This document shows positions 46,742-56,574 of a stretch of 64,000 bases of DNA, piece after piece. The DNA is taken from positions 10,249 to 74,248 of the forward strand of contig DATHJB010000135.1 in NCBI GenBank assembly GCA_035316325.1, in the 5' to 3' direction. Position 1 is the first letter of the stretch, and every line of letters begins with the position of its first letter. The notes under the pieces are model-generated. The model was not told the DNA's origin. It saw only the letters and a list, made by a program, of their open reading frames with translations, and ran no database searches. This stretch comes from Acidimicrobiales bacterium (GTDB lineage: Bacteria; Actinomycetota; Acidimicrobiia; Acidimicrobiales; VFJN01). A program made the position numbers and the translations under genes.

Positions 46742-46759
46742 CTTGACCCGCGGGTCAAG
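46742..46759. promoter_or_regulatory. candidate operator CTTGACC-CGCG-GGTCAAG upstream of the NMO gene
   Basis: Perfect 18-bp palindrome, 20-37 nt upstream of ATG 46722. Same TTGACC-N4-GGTCAA core as 33855-33872. Confidence 0.5.
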
Positions 46760-46788
46760 ATCTCTTGGAGAGACTCAGTCGAAGGAGA

Positions 46789-46826
46789 GACCGGCGCACC
46801 CCTGGGGGGGATGGAGTGCGCCGGTC
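46789..46826 (-). terminator. stem-loop downstream of the SCO5389-like gene
   Basis: GACCGGCGCAC (46789-46799) pairs perfectly with GTGCGCCGGTC (46816-46826), with a 16-nt loop. On the minus strand it is followed by TCTCTCCTTCG. Confidence 0.45.
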
Positions 46827-46831
46827 GACCT

Positions 46832-47224
46832 TCAGCAGTCGCGCAGCAAGGGCGACTGGTTGAGGAGCTGCGCCCGCACCGATGTGAACCGCTGGTAGGT
46901 GTCGCTGTCGGCGGCGCCGAGCCGGAACGCCGCCACCCGGTGGCAGTTCTGGAACGCCAGGCGCACGCCGAAGTGCCGCTCGAGACTGCCACGGATCGCG
47001 TCGCTCGCGAGCGCGCGGAGCAGCTGACCCCGGGCGGCTTCCGACGGCGGTGGCGTCTGGTTGTCGGTGAACTCGGCATCGCTGTGGCCGAGGTCGTCGA
47101 CCAGACCGGCGATCAGGTCATAGGCGTAGGGGAGCGAGGTGCGCACCGCGTCGAGGAAGTCGGCCTCGTCGACCGTGCCTTCCTCGGCCTGGCGGAGCAG
47201 GGCTGGAGAGACGTCGAGGGACAT
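46832..47224 (-). CDS. conserved actinobacterial hypothetical protein (resembles the SCO5389-type family, from memory)
   Basis: Track ORF 46832..47245, start at ATG 47224 (MSLDVSPALLRQAEEGTVDEADFLDAVRTSLPYAYDLI). Confidence 0.6.
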   Translation of the reverse strand: MSLDVSPALLRQAEEGTVDEADFLDAVRTSLPYAYDLIAGLVDDLGHSDAEFTDNQTPPPSEAARGQLLRALASDAIRGSLERHFGVRLAFQNCHRVAAFRLGAADSDTYQRFTSVRAQLLNQSPLLRDC

Positions 47225-47272
47225 GGGACCCGTCCTTTCCCGCAAGAAGACGCTCGGTGTCGAGCGTCTCCC

Positions 47273-48499
47273 TCAGGGTAACGGCGTCGAGCGATAGGTG
47301 CCGGGGCCCGAGAGCACTCCGCGGTGCCAGCGGCGGGGGGTCAGCAGGATCGCCCGGGGGTAGTCCTCGAACAGCCAGCGGGCGAAGTTGCCCCGGGTCC
47401 AGCGGGTCGAGCCGGCCAGCCGCACCGCCGCCCGGGCCCCCTTGCGATGCCGCAGCGCCCGGATCAGCAGCAGCGACAGCTTGTGGTCGGCGACCAGCGC
47501 CCGCTCGACGGCGGTGCGGTAGCGGCCGGTCACGTCGACCGCGTCGCCGCCCGACGTGATCGTCTCGGCCGCCAGCATCCCCGTGAGCAGCGCCTGGCCG
47601 ATGCCCTCGCCGGTCATCGGGTCGGTCGCGGCGGCGGCATCGCCCACGAACAGGGTCCGCCGGCCGGTGAGCACCACGTCGTCGACCCGGGCGGGGATGG
47701 GCCAGGCCTTGTGGGCCTCCTCGGCCACGGCGTCGTCGCCCAGCACCGCCCGGATGTGGGGCCGGTCGAGCAGCTCCCGCCAGATCGCCGCCATGTCCTG
47801 GATGCGACCCACCTTCCCACCCCGCTGGATCCCGAAGCCCACGTTGGCGTGGCCGTCGGGCAGCGGGAACGACCAGGCGTAGCCCGGCAGCAGGTCGGGC
47901 TCGAACCACACGAACAGCTCCGACGCCGCCCGGGGGCCGACGTTGCCGAAGTACTGGCGGAAGGCGTGCCACTCGCCCCGGTAGCCCCGGGTGTCGAGCC
48001 CGAGCGCCTTGCGCACCGGCGACCACATGCCGTCGGCGGCCACGACCCAGCGGGCCCGCACCACGCCGACGTCGGCGACCTCCACGTCCACGGCGTCGTC
48101 GTGCTCGGTGACGGCCCGGCAGGCGTGGCCGTCGAGCACCTTGGCGCCGGCGTCTCGGGCCAGGTCGAGCAGCGCGGCGTCGAGGTCGGCCCGGCGGGTG
48201 ACGGCGGCGTAGGTGCCCTGGCCGCGGGGGAGCGGGAACACCGACTCCCGGCCAGACGGCGAGCGGACCACCACGTCGTCGACCCGCTGCCACGACGCCA
48301 CCGACCGCGGGTCGAGGCCCAGGTCCTCCACCAGACGCAGGGCGCCGGTGGTCAGCCCGTCGCCGCACGTCTTGTCGCGGGGGAAGCGGGCCTTGTCGAC
48401 GACGGTCACCGCCACGCCGGCCCGGGCCAGCGTGATCGCCGCGGCCGCGCCGGCCGGACCGCCGCCGACGACCACCACGTCGGTGGCGTCGGCGGTCAC
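47273..48499 (-). CDS. geranylgeranyl reductase family FAD-dependent oxidoreductase
   Basis: Track ORF. DVVVVGGGPAGAAAA, RFPRDKTCGDGL, GDAAAATDPMTGEGI. Confidence 0.85.
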   Translation of the reverse strand: MTADATDVVVVGGGPAGAAAAITLARAGVAVTVVDKARFPRDKTCGDGLTTGALRLVEDLGLDPRSVASWQRVDDVVVRSPSGRESVFPLPRGQGTYAAVTRRADLDAALLDLARDAGAKVLDGHACRAVTEHDDAVDVEVADVGVVRARWVVAADGMWSPVRKALGLDTRGYRGEWHAFRQYFGNVGPRAASELFVWFEPDLLPGYAWSFPLPDGHANVGFGIQRGGKVGRIQDMAAIWRELLDRPHIRAVLGDDAVAEEAHKAWPIPARVDDVVLTGRRTLFVGDAAAATDPMTGEGIGQALLTGMLAAETITSGGDAVDVTGRYRTAVERALVADHKLSLLLIRALRHRKGARAAVRLAGSTRWTRGNFARWLFEDYPRAILLTPRRWHRGVLSGPGTYRSTPLP

Positions 48500-48503
48500 G
48501 GGA

Positions 48504-51083
48504 TCACCCGCCCGGCGGGGGTGGCGGGGGCGGAGGGGGTTCGGCCGGCGGGATGACCGAGCCGTCGCAGCGCTTGCCCTCGGGGCGGTACGTCGACTTG
48601 AACTGGTCCTGCTCCGTGGTGCCGTCGGGGTAGGTGCGGGTGCGGGTGGTGACCACCACGCGGCACGCCCCGTTCATCGACTCGGCCTTGTTGGTCTGCT
48701 CGGCCTGGGCGTGCGGCGTGGAGTAGAAGGTCACCGTGATGCTGGTCGGCGTGTACGACGTCCAGATCAGGACACCGTATGGCGTGTTGTTGCGGATCCG
48801 GACATCCGGGTGGGGGAAGCCCATCGTGGCCTCGCGGCCGGGCGGGTACCGGGTGAACCACTCCGAATGCGACTGCGACTCGAGGATGTCGAGCCCGGCG
48901 AAGTAGGCGGCGTTGAACGTGGTGGTGGCGAACTGCGAGATGCCGCCGCCGACCTCCGACACGTGCCGGCCCTCGCGGATGGCCCCGGCGTCGACGTAGC
49001 CGTCGGCGTAGGAGCGCTGGCCCACGCGGTCGTTGATCGAGAACTCGCCGCCCGGTGGGATCACCGCGCCCCGGACCTCGTCGGCGATCCGCTCGATGTT
49101 CTTGTTCCGGGGCTCGCCGGCGCCGTGGTAGGTGGTGAAGCCTGCCGCCAGGCCGCTGGGGATCTCGGCGCCGTTCTGGAAGCCGCGGTTGCCGCCGATC
49201 GGCTGCTTGATGCCCCAGGCCTCGACCTCGGCGGTGGTGTGCTCCGGCTCGACGACCTTGGCCTCGAGGGCGACTTCGGGCTGGCTGTCGCGCAGCGCCT
49301 GCCAGACCTTGTCGGCCGAGCCCTCGCCGCAGCACTCCACGCCGTTCGCCCCGGGGGTCACCACCGGCTGCCCGCTCGGGTTGAGGGTGACGGTGGCGTT
49401 CTTCGGCTCGGCGGTGAGGCCGCCCAGGAGTCCGGGCAACGCCGGGGTGGCGGCGTCCGTGTTGAACGCCAGGTCGAGCTGGCCGTCGGTGACGGTCGGG
49501 CTCAGCCAGCCCCGGAGCGTCGCGGCCGGCACCGGCGCCGAGTACTCCTCGGCCGTCAGGGTGAGGCCGTCGGCGGTCATCCCGTTCGCCCGGTCGGCCA
49601 GGTCCTGGGCCTGCTGGTCGGTGAAGGTGGGCTCCTCGTCCTGCGACGCGGCGTCGATCTCGATGGCGCCGTCGGGCGCGGCGAGGACGGCCCGGCGCAG
49701 CTCCGAGGTCACCTCGTCGGCGTCGATGCCCACGCCCGGCTGGCCCGCCTTCATGGCGAACCCGTTGGCGGTGAGCTCGATCGTCGGCTCGACGGGCTCG
49801 GTGCGGTCGGCACCCTGCAGGCGCTGCAGCGTCTCGACGGTCTTCGCGTCGTCGGCGGTCAGCTCCAGGGGCGCGTCGTTGCCGCCGAAGAACGACCCGA
49901 ACCACTTGAAGGGCTGGACCAACAGGAAGCCGCCCCGGCCGGTGTCCATCGCCGCGTCGACGGTGGCCTCCTGGTCGATCGTCAGGCCCAGGTCGCTCAC
50001 CGTGGTCTGGTAGGTGCGGCCGTCGGAGGTGAGGGTCACCTCCCGGGCGGCGGTGCTGACCGCCAGCTCCGAGACGGCCCCGGGCAGATCGTCCTCGCTG
50101 GTGCCGGAGATCGACGTGCCGGCCAGGTCGACGTTGCGGACCACCTCGCCGGAGTGGGTGGCGGTGTCGATCGCCCAGGCGGCGATCAGCAGGACCAGCA
50201 GCGCCACCGGCGCGGCGATGAGGGCGAGTTTGGGCAGCTGGCGACCGTCGGGCGGCGCCTCGTCGGCCGTGACCGCGGGGAACTTGCCGGAGCGGAAGTG
50301 GCGGGGACCGTCGGGGCCTTCGGCGTCGGCATCCGCCTCGGTGGCGGTGTCCGTGTCGGCGTCGGCGTCGGTGGACGGGGTGGCGGTGGTCGCGGCGGCA
50401 ACCGTGGGCACGTCGAAGACGCGCCCGGGGGCTGCTGCGGGCTCGTCGGTGGGCGGGGGAGCGTCGATCACCGGCATCTGCCGGGTGACCGCCGGCTCTT
50501 CGCCCACCGCGGCGATGGCCGCGGCGGCCGCGGCGGCCGTGCCGTTGCCGGCTGCGTCGGGCTTCGGCGCCTCGGCCTCTGGCTCCTCAGCCTCGGGAGT
50601 GCTGTCGGGCTTCGTCGCGGCGAGGGCGGCGCTGATGGCAGCCCAGTCGGTGCCGGACGAGCTCGGTGTCTCGGCCTCGGGGTCGTCGTCGGGCGTCGAC
50701 GCCGTCTCGGCGTCGGAGGGAGCGTCCGGGTCGACCAGGGGTGCGTCGACCACCGGCATCTGGCGGGTGACGGGCGGCTCCGCGTCGGGGCGCGACGCGT
50801 CCTCGGGGGTCTCGCTGTCGTCGGTCTCGCTGTCGTCGGCCGCGGTGTCGCCGCCGTGGTCGCTGTCGTCGGCGCGCGCGGTGTCCGGCGCGTCGCTCGT
50901 GGTCTCGTCGCCTACGTCCGCAGTGGGATCGCTGTGTGCCCCCACCTCGTCGTCCACTGCGGTGTCGCGGCGCTCGCCGTCGCTGTCGATGTCCCTAACT
51001 CCCGGTGGTCGGTCTTTCTCGGGCGGGTCCCCTATACCCACACAAGGCAACAACCCTGCCACGTGCCAGGGGGGCATTCCCAA
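48504..51083 (-). CDS. VanW-domain membrane protein with a long acidic, disordered N-terminal region
   Basis: Track ORF. TM helix LALIAAPVALLVLLIAAWAI. C-terminal VanW core GGEFSINDRVGQR...GGGISQFATTTFNAAYFAG. The start is uncertain (candidates between about 50945 and 51083). Codons between 51083 and about 51000 look non-coding. Confidence 0.7.
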   Translation of the reverse strand: MGMPPWHVAGLLPCVGIGDPPEKDRPPGVRDIDSDGERRDTAVDDEVGAHSDPTADVGDETTSDAPDTARADDSDHGGDTAADDSETDDSETPEDASRPDAEPPVTRQMPVVDAPLVDPDAPSDAETASTPDDDPEAETPSSSGTDWAAISAALAATKPDSTPEAEEPEAEAPKPDAAGNGTAAAAAAAIAAVGEEPAVTRQMPVIDAPPPTDEPAAAPGRVFDVPTVAAATTATPSTDADADTDTATEADADAEGPDGPRHFRSGKFPAVTADEAPPDGRQLPKLALIAAPVALLVLLIAAWAIDTATHSGEVVRNVDLAGTSISGTSEDDLPGAVSELAVSTAAREVTLTSDGRTYQTTVSDLGLTIDQEATVDAAMDTGRGGFLLVQPFKWFGSFFGGNDAPLELTADDAKTVETLQRLQGADRTEPVEPTIELTANGFAMKAGQPGVGIDADEVTSELRRAVLAAPDGAIEIDAASQDEEPTFTDQQAQDLADRANGMTADGLTLTAEEYSAPVPAATLRGWLSPTVTDGQLDLAFNTDAATPALPGLLGGLTAEPKNATVTLNPSGQPVVTPGANGVECCGEGSADKVWQALRDSQPEVALEAKVVEPEHTTAEVEAWGIKQPIGGNRGFQNGAEIPSGLAAGFTTYHGAGEPRNKNIERIADEVRGAVIPPGGEFSINDRVGQRSYADGYVDAGAIREGRHVSEVGGGISQFATTTFNAAYFAGLDILESQSHSEWFTRYPPGREATMGFPHPDVRIRNNTPYGVLIWTSYTPTSITVTFYSTPHAQAEQTNKAESMNGACRVVVTTRTRTYPDGTTEQDQFKSTYRPEGKRCDGSVIPPAEPPPPPPPPPGG

Positions 51084-51181
51084 CCACCTCTCGTGACGGT
51101 TGGGCGACGTTTGTGCGACGGAATGGCCATCGCACTACGGTCCGTCGCCGGCAGGGCCTCGACCCCAGGGGGAACGACCAC

Positions 51182-52081
51182 ATGGGAATCTGCGACGGAC
51201 GGGTAGCGATCGTGACGGGTGCCGGGCGCGGCATCGGTCGGGAGCACTCCCTTCTGCTGGCCGCACAGGGCGCCAAGGTCGTGGTGAACGACCTCGGTGG
51301 CACCCGCGACGGCAGCGGCAGCGACGCCGGTCCCGCCCAGGAGGTCGTCGACGAGGTGAAGGCGCTCGGCGGCGAGGCCGTGGCCAACACCGACGACATC
51401 AGCGACTTCAAGGGCGCGGAGTCCCTGGTCAACACCGCCATCGAGGCCTTCGGCAAGCTCGACGTCCTCGTCAACAACGCCGGCATCCTCCGCGACCGGA
51501 TGCTGGTCAACATGACCGAGGCCGAGTGGGACGCGGTCATCCAGGTGCACCTCAAGGGCACCTTCGCCCCGGCGCACTTCGCCGCCAACCACTGGCGCGA
51601 GCGCTCCAAGGCCGGCGAGGAGGTGGACGGCCGCATCGTCAACACCACGTCGCCGTCGGGCATCTACGGCAACGTCGGCCAGACGAACTACGGCGCCGCC
51701 AAGGCCGGGATCGCCGCCTTCACGATCATCGCCGCCAAGGAGCTGGGCCGCTACGGGGTCACCGTCAACGCCATCGCCCCCGCGGCGCTCACCCGCATGA
51801 CCGAGGACCTCGGCATGGGCGGGGCCTCCGAGGAGACGAAGGAGTCGATGTCGCCCCGGCACATCGCTCCCGTGGTCTGCTGGCTGGCGAGCCCGCTGTC
51901 GGCGAGCGTCACCGGCCGGGTGTTCGACGTCTCCGGCCGCATGCTCTCGGTCTCCGAGGGCTGGCACCGGGGCCCGACGATCGAGAACCCCGACGACGAC
52001 CCCGAGACCCTCGGCCACGCCGTGCTCGACCTGGTCGCCCAGGCCAGGCCGAACGCCAACATGTTCGGCTACGACGAGTAG
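51182..52081 (+). CDS. SDR, 3-hydroxyacyl-CoA dehydrogenase-like; paralogue of 27609..28502
   Basis: Track ORF 51005..52081, start at ATG 51182 (MGICDGRVAIVTGAGRGIGREHSL). VVVNDLGG, NNAGILRD, YGAAKAG. Confidence 0.9.
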   Translation: MGICDGRVAIVTGAGRGIGREHSLLLAAQGAKVVVNDLGGTRDGSGSDAGPAQEVVDEVKALGGEAVANTDDISDFKGAESLVNTAIEAFGKLDVLVNNAGILRDRMLVNMTEAEWDAVIQVHLKGTFAPAHFAANHWRERSKAGEEVDGRIVNTTSPSGIYGNVGQTNYGAAKAGIAAFTIIAAKELGRYGVTVNAIAPAALTRMTEDLGMGGASEETKESMSPRHIAPVVCWLASPLSASVTGRVFDVSGRMLSVSEGWHRGPTIENPDDDPETLGHAVLDLVAQARPNANMFGYDE

Positions 52082-52091
52082 GGCTACCGCG

Positions 52092-52481
52092 ATGGGTGTC
52101 GCCACGGGGCGGTTGCGGCAGGTGGCGTTGCACGTCGACGACCTCGACCGGGCGATCGCCTTCTACCGGGACGTGGTCGGGCTGCGGTTCGTCGCCAAGT
52201 TCGAGCCGCCCGGGTTGGGGTTCTTCGACCTCGGGGAGACGCGGCTCCTGCTCGAGGGTGGGGCGCCGGCGTCGTTGCTCTACCTCGAGGTCGACGACGT
52301 GGTCGCGGCACATGCGGCGTTGGGCGACGCCGGCGTCGAGCTGGAGGGAGAGCCGCACCTCATCTTCCGCGACGACACCGGCCAGTTCGGCCCTCCGGGC
52401 ACCGAGGTCTGGCAGGCCGCCTTCCGCGACTCCGAGGGAAACCTGGTCGTCCTCGAAGAAGGACGGCTCAGAACAGCTTGA
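52092..52481 (+). CDS. VOC (glyoxalase/bleomycin-resistance) family protein
   Basis: Track [27 protein letters not shown]. Confidence 0.8.
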   Translation: MGVATGRLRQVALHVDDLDRAIAFYRDVVGLRFVAKFEPPGLGFFDLGETRLLLEGGAPASLLYLEVDDVVAAHAALGDAGVELEGEPHLIFRDDTGQFGPPGTEVWQAAFRDSEGNLVVLEEGRLRTA

Positions 52482-53142
52482 GGACGTCGGACTCGATGCC
52501 GCGGAGGGCGTCGTAGTCGACCTCGACGCAGGCGATCGCACGGTCGGTGGCGAGGACCTTGGCCTGCGGTCTGATCTGCTGGGCGACGAAGACGCCCCGC
52601 ACCGGGCGCAGCAGCGGGTCGCGCTCGAGGAACTCCAGGTAGCGGGTCAGCTGCTCGACGCCGTCGATCTCGCCCCGGCGCTTGACCTCGATGGCGACCG
52701 CCCGCCCGTCGGCGTCACGGCACAGCAGGTCGACCGGGCCGATGTCGGTGGGGTACTCCCGTCGGACCAGCCGCAGGCCGGGGGCGATCGCCTCGCAGTT
52801 CGCCGCCAGCAGCTCCTGCAGGTGGGCCTCGACGCCGTCCTTCTGCAGGCCCGGGTCGACGCCCATGTCGACGCTCTGGTCGGACAGCACCTCGTGCAGC
52901 GTGATCGTGAGCGCCTCGCCCTTGGGGCTGCGGACGGTCCAGACCTCCTGACCGGTGCCGTCGAGGTCCTCGGTCAGCACGTTGGGGGCGTTCATCCAGT
53001 TCAGCGGCTTGTAGGCGCCCCCGTCGGCGTGCACCGCCACGCACCCGTCGGCCTTCACCATCAGCAGCCGCGTGGCCTCGGGCAGGTGCGCCGTGAGGCG
53101 CCCCGCGTAGTCGACCGTGCACCGGGCCACCACCAATCGCAT
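52468..53142 (-). CDS. nucS: endonuclease NucS (EndoMS)
   Basis: Track ORF 52468..53355, start at ATG 53142 ([16 protein letters not shown]...). [28 protein letters not shown]. Confidence 0.9.
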   Translation of the reverse strand: MRLVVARCTVDYAGRLTAHLPEATRLLMVKADGCVAVHADGGAYKPLNWMNAPNVLTEDLDGTGQEVWTVRSPKGEALTITLHEVLSDQSVDMGVDPGLQKDGVEAHLQELLAANCEAIAPGLRLVRREYPTDIGPVDLLCRDADGRAVAIEVKRRGEIDGVEQLTRYLEFLERDPLLRPVRGVFVAQQIRPQAKVLATDRAIACVEVDYDALRGIESDVLKLF

Positions 53143-53153
53143 GGCGGCCGACG

Positions 53154-53975
53154 TTACGCGAAGTCGAGCTCCACGGTGGTGAGCAACTCGAACGCGGTGC
53201 GTGACCGCTCGTCGCCGGCGGGGCGGTACAGGACCAGGATCACCGCCTGGTCGAACGACCGGAACGACTCGTAGGCCGCCGTGAACGAGCCGACCACCGG
53301 GTGGGCGAAGCGCTTGTAGCCGGTCGCGCACGGCTTGACGTCGTGGTCGTCCCACAGGCGGCGGAAGTCGGCGCTCGCTGCCGCCAGCTCGGCGACGAGG
53401 GCCTCGAGCTCGGGGTCGTCGTGGTCCGGGTGCAGCGCCGAACGCAGGAAGGCGACGCAGTTGGCGGCGTCGGTCGCCCAGTCGGGGTGGTAGTCGCGGG
53501 AGGCCGGGTCGAGGAAGAACCAGCGGGGGAAGCTCGGCGTGGGCTGCCGGCCGAGCGGGCCCAGGAGCGCCCGGGCGGCGGGGGTGGCCGCGATCACCTC
53601 CAGGCGCGGCGACATCAGGTAGGCGGGCTTGGGTGCCAGCGCCTCCAGCGCCTCGACCGCCGTGCCCACCGCGGCCGTCGGCGACGGTGGCGGCGCGGCG
53701 ATGCCGGCCAGAAGGCGCAGGTGGGCGTGGGCCGTCCGGTCGAGTCGCAGCGCCCGGGCCAGGGCGTCGAGCACCTCGGTGGACGGGCGGGACGACCGGC
53801 CCTGCTCCAGGCGGATCAGGTACTCCACGCTGACGCCCGCCAGGCTGGCGACCTCCTCGCGCCGCAGCCCGGGGGTCCGACGGCGCCCGTTCACGGGCAG
53901 GCCCAGGTCGGACGGATCGACCCGAGCGCGGCGGGCCCGCAGGAAGGCTCCCAGGCTGCTGTCGACGTCGGCCAT
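53154..53975 (-). CDS. MmyB-like helix-turn-helix transcriptional regulator
   Basis: C-terminal 273 aa of track ORF 53154..54806, from ATG 53975. [14 protein letters not shown]...[30 protein letters not shown]. Divergent from an SDR gene, as is typical. Confidence 0.8.
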   Translation of the reverse strand: MADVDSSLGAFLRARRARVDPSDLGLPVNGRRRTPGLRREEVASLAGVSVEYLIRLEQGRSSRPSTEVLDALARALRLDRTAHAHLRLLAGIAAPPPSPTAAVGTAVEALEALAPKPAYLMSPRLEVIAATPAARALLGPLGRQPTPSFPRWFFLDPASRDYHPDWATDAANCVAFLRSALHPDHDDPELEALVAELAAASADFRRLWDDHDVKPCATGYKRFAHPVVGSFTAAYESFRSFDQAVILVLYRPAGDERSRTAFELLTTVELDFA

Positions 53976-54077
53976 CCCCGTCAGTGTGCCCGGCCGACGG
54001 CGCAGCGGCCTGTCCCTGCGATTACCACCTACGAGCCGACCTGGTTGGGCCCGGCCGTCGCCCGCACGATCGACGGG

Positions 54078-54860
54078 ATGACCGAAACCCACACCCAGAA
54101 CCGCACCGACGCCTCCACCCGCCCCCTCGCCGGGCGCGTCGCCTTCGTCACCGGCGCGTCCAGCGGCATCGGCGAGGCCGTCGCTCGACAGCTGGCCGAC
54201 GCCGGGGCACTCGTGGCCGCGGTCGCCCGCCGGGCCGACCGCCTCGCCGACCTCGGCGACGGCGTCACTCCCGTGCCGGTGGACGTGACCGACCCCCAAG
54301 CCGTCGCCGCCGCCGTCGAGCGGGTCGTCGACGAGCTGGGCCCTCCCGACCTGGTGGTGGCCAGCGCCGGCGTGATGCTCCCCAGCGACGTGGAGGACAC
54401 CCGCCTCGACCTGTGGCAGCGCACCATCGACGTCAACCTCACCGGCATCGCCGCCACGCTGGCCGCCACCGTGCCCCACCTCATCGCCGCCGCGGCCGAA
54501 GGGCGGACGGCCGACCTGGTGCTGGTGTCGTCCGTGGGCGACCGGCTGGCCTTCCCCGGCTACGCCTTCTACAGCGCCAGCAAGGCCGCGGTGACGAAGC
54601 TGTGCCACGACCTGCACCTGGACCTGGCGCCCTTCGGCGTCCGCACCCTCAACCTGCGGCCCGGCCTGGTGGCCAGCGAGCTCCAGACCAACGTGACCGA
54701 CGCCGGCCGCCGGGAGGCCCTGCTCCAGTGGCTGGAGGAGATCACCGCCCTCGAGCCCGACGACGTCGCGGGACCTCTGGTGGCGGCGCTGTCCCTGCCC
54801 CGCCACGTGTGCATATCGGAGCTGACGATCGTGCCGACCGCCCAGGTCGACTCGCTCTGA
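54078..54860 (+). CDS. short-chain dehydrogenase/reductase
   Basis: Track ORF 53301..54860, start at ATG 54078. VAFVTGASSGIGEAVA, YSASKAA. Confidence 0.85.
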   Translation: MTETHTQNRTDASTRPLAGRVAFVTGASSGIGEAVARQLADAGALVAAVARRADRLADLGDGVTPVPVDVTDPQAVAAAVERVVDELGPPDLVVASAGVMLPSDVEDTRLDLWQRTIDVNLTGIAATLAATVPHLIAAAAEGRTADLVLVSSVGDRLAFPGYAFYSASKAAVTKLCHDLHLDLAPFGVRTLNLRPGLVASELQTNVTDAGRREALLQWLEEITALEPDDVAGPLVAALSLPRHVCISELTIVPTAQVDSL

Positions 54861-54879
54861 GCGATCTGCAGAGCGGGGC

Positions 54880-56478
54880 TCAGCGACCCCGGCGCTTGCG
54901 GCTCGCCGCCATGTTCTCCCGGATGGTGGCGCGGCGGGCCATCAGGTCTCGATGGGTGATGGATTCCGTGGAGGAGTCGACCCCGAAGCTGGCCTTGACC
55001 CCCGTGAGGTCGACCTCGACCGTGCGGGGGTCGATGCCCACCTCCGCGGTGATGCGGTCGCCGTGACGGGTGGCGAAGTACATCGACAGCTCGGCGATCT
55101 CGCCGAAGAGGTCGAGGTCGGGGGCGAGCCGGCCGATGGCCGCGTCGAGGAACATCATGTTCTTCACGAACAGCATGAGCTCCTTCGGGAACTTCGCTCC
55201 CAGGCCCAGCAGCGCCTTCATGACCTGCTGGATCTCGCCGACGAGCTGCTCACCGGTGAGCGTGGTGGGATCGACCGGCGGCTGGTCGAGCTTGAGGTCC
55301 TGGACCACCTGGTCGAGGTCGACGTCGGGCGGCAGCGCCCCCAGGTCGCGCAGGGCCGCCAGCTGGCCGCGGATGTCGTTGCCGGCGCTGCCCATCATCA
55401 GCCGCAGCAGCGCCACCCGGCGGAACTCGTCGAGCCGGCCGGTGATGCCGAAGTCGAGCAGGGCGGTGCGACCGTCGGCCCGCACGAACAGGTTCCCGCC
55501 GTGCAGGTCGCCGTGGAAGATGCCGTGCAGCAGGGCACCCTCGACCGACCCGATCATCCCGGCCCGCACCACGGCCTCGGTGTCGACTCCGGCCTCCTTC
55601 ATGCCGGCGACGTCGTCGAAGGCGAAGCCGTCGAGGCGCTCCATCACCAGCACCCGCCGGGTGACCAGCTCGGGGTGGGGGCGGGGGATCACGTAGTGGC
55701 GCTGCTCGAGGGCGGCGAACATGGCGGCGACGTCGAGCATGTTCTCGGCCTCGAGCCGGAAGTCGAGCTCCTCGGAGATGATCTCGGCGAACAGCTCGAC
55801 GAGGGCCGGTGGGTTGGCCAGCGCTGCGATCGGGATGCGCCCGACCAGGTGGGGAGCCACCCAGGCGAGCACCCGGAGGTCGTCGTGCACCAGGGTGGCG
55901 ACGGTGGGGCGCTGGACCTTCACGACCACCCGCTCGCCGCTGCGCAGCGTCGCCGCGTGCACCTGGGCGATCGACGCCGCCGCCAGCGGGGTGCGGTCGA
56001 CCCAGCGGAACACCTGGTCGAGCGGCCGGCCGAAGTCCTCCTCGACGATCCGGCGGACGGTGGCGAACGGCTCGGCCGGCACCCGGTCGCGGCACTTCTT
56101 GAACTCGTCGGTCAGCTCGACCGGGAAGATGCCCTCGCCCGACGAGATGATCTGGCCCAGCTTGATGTAGGTGGGGCCGAGGCGCTCGGCGGCCTCCCGG
56201 AGACGGCGGGAGATACCGGCCCGGCTGACGCTGTCGCCCTGCCGCTTCTCCCGCAGGGCCCACAGGCCCACGGCGGGGACGATGTGGCGGGCCACGGTGA
56301 ACACCCGGCGGCCCGGTGGCCAGCGGCTCGGCTTGACCAGCTCAGGGACCTGCGCACGGACCCGGGCCCGCTCCTCGGCGAGGCCCCGGCGCCAGGGCAG
56401 GTTCTCGGGGTCGTCGAGCGTCCAGGGCGGGTCCTCGCTGTAGGACCCGACCGCAAGGTCCGTGGGGGCCACAACCAT
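54880..56478 (-). CDS. ABC1/UbiB (AarF) atypical kinase family protein
   Basis: Track ORF 54880..56556, start at ATG 56478 (MVVAPTDL...). LGPTYIKLGQIISS, AAASIAQVHAATL, HGDLHGGNLF. Confidence 0.85.
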   Translation of the reverse strand: MVVAPTDLAVGSYSEDPPWTLDDPENLPWRRGLAEERARVRAQVPELVKPSRWPPGRRVFTVARHIVPAVGLWALREKRQGDSVSRAGISRRLREAAERLGPTYIKLGQIISSGEGIFPVELTDEFKKCRDRVPAEPFATVRRIVEEDFGRPLDQVFRWVDRTPLAAASIAQVHAATLRSGERVVVKVQRPTVATLVHDDLRVLAWVAPHLVGRIPIAALANPPALVELFAEIISEELDFRLEAENMLDVAAMFAALEQRHYVIPRPHPELVTRRVLVMERLDGFAFDDVAGMKEAGVDTEAVVRAGMIGSVEGALLHGIFHGDLHGGNLFVRADGRTALLDFGITGRLDEFRRVALLRLMMGSAGNDIRGQLAALRDLGALPPDVDLDQVVQDLKLDQPPVDPTTLTGEQLVGEIQQVMKALLGLGAKFPKELMLFVKNMMFLDAAIGRLAPDLDLFGEIAELSMYFATRHGDRITAEVGIDPRTVEVDLTGVKASFGVDSSTESITHRDLMARRATIRENMAASRKRRGR

Positions 56479-56510
56479 GCCCGGAGTCTTGCTGGCCGTC
56501 GCCGACCTCG

Positions 56511-56568
56511 GGAAATTGCGTTCGTCGGCCCGCCATGTGCGGGTTCTCGAACGCAATTTGCCCGGGGG
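56511..56568. repeat. nested palindrome with the same architecture but different arm sequence
   Basis: GGAAATTGCGTTCG-TCGG-CCCGC-CATGT-GCGGG-TTCT-CGAACGCAATTT-GCCCGGGGG. 12-bp outer arms, an inner 5-bp hairpin and a G-run tail. Intergenic, between the cysQ stop (56575) and the ABC1 kinase start (56478). Confidence 0.6.
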
Positions 56569-56574
56569 TCGGGG

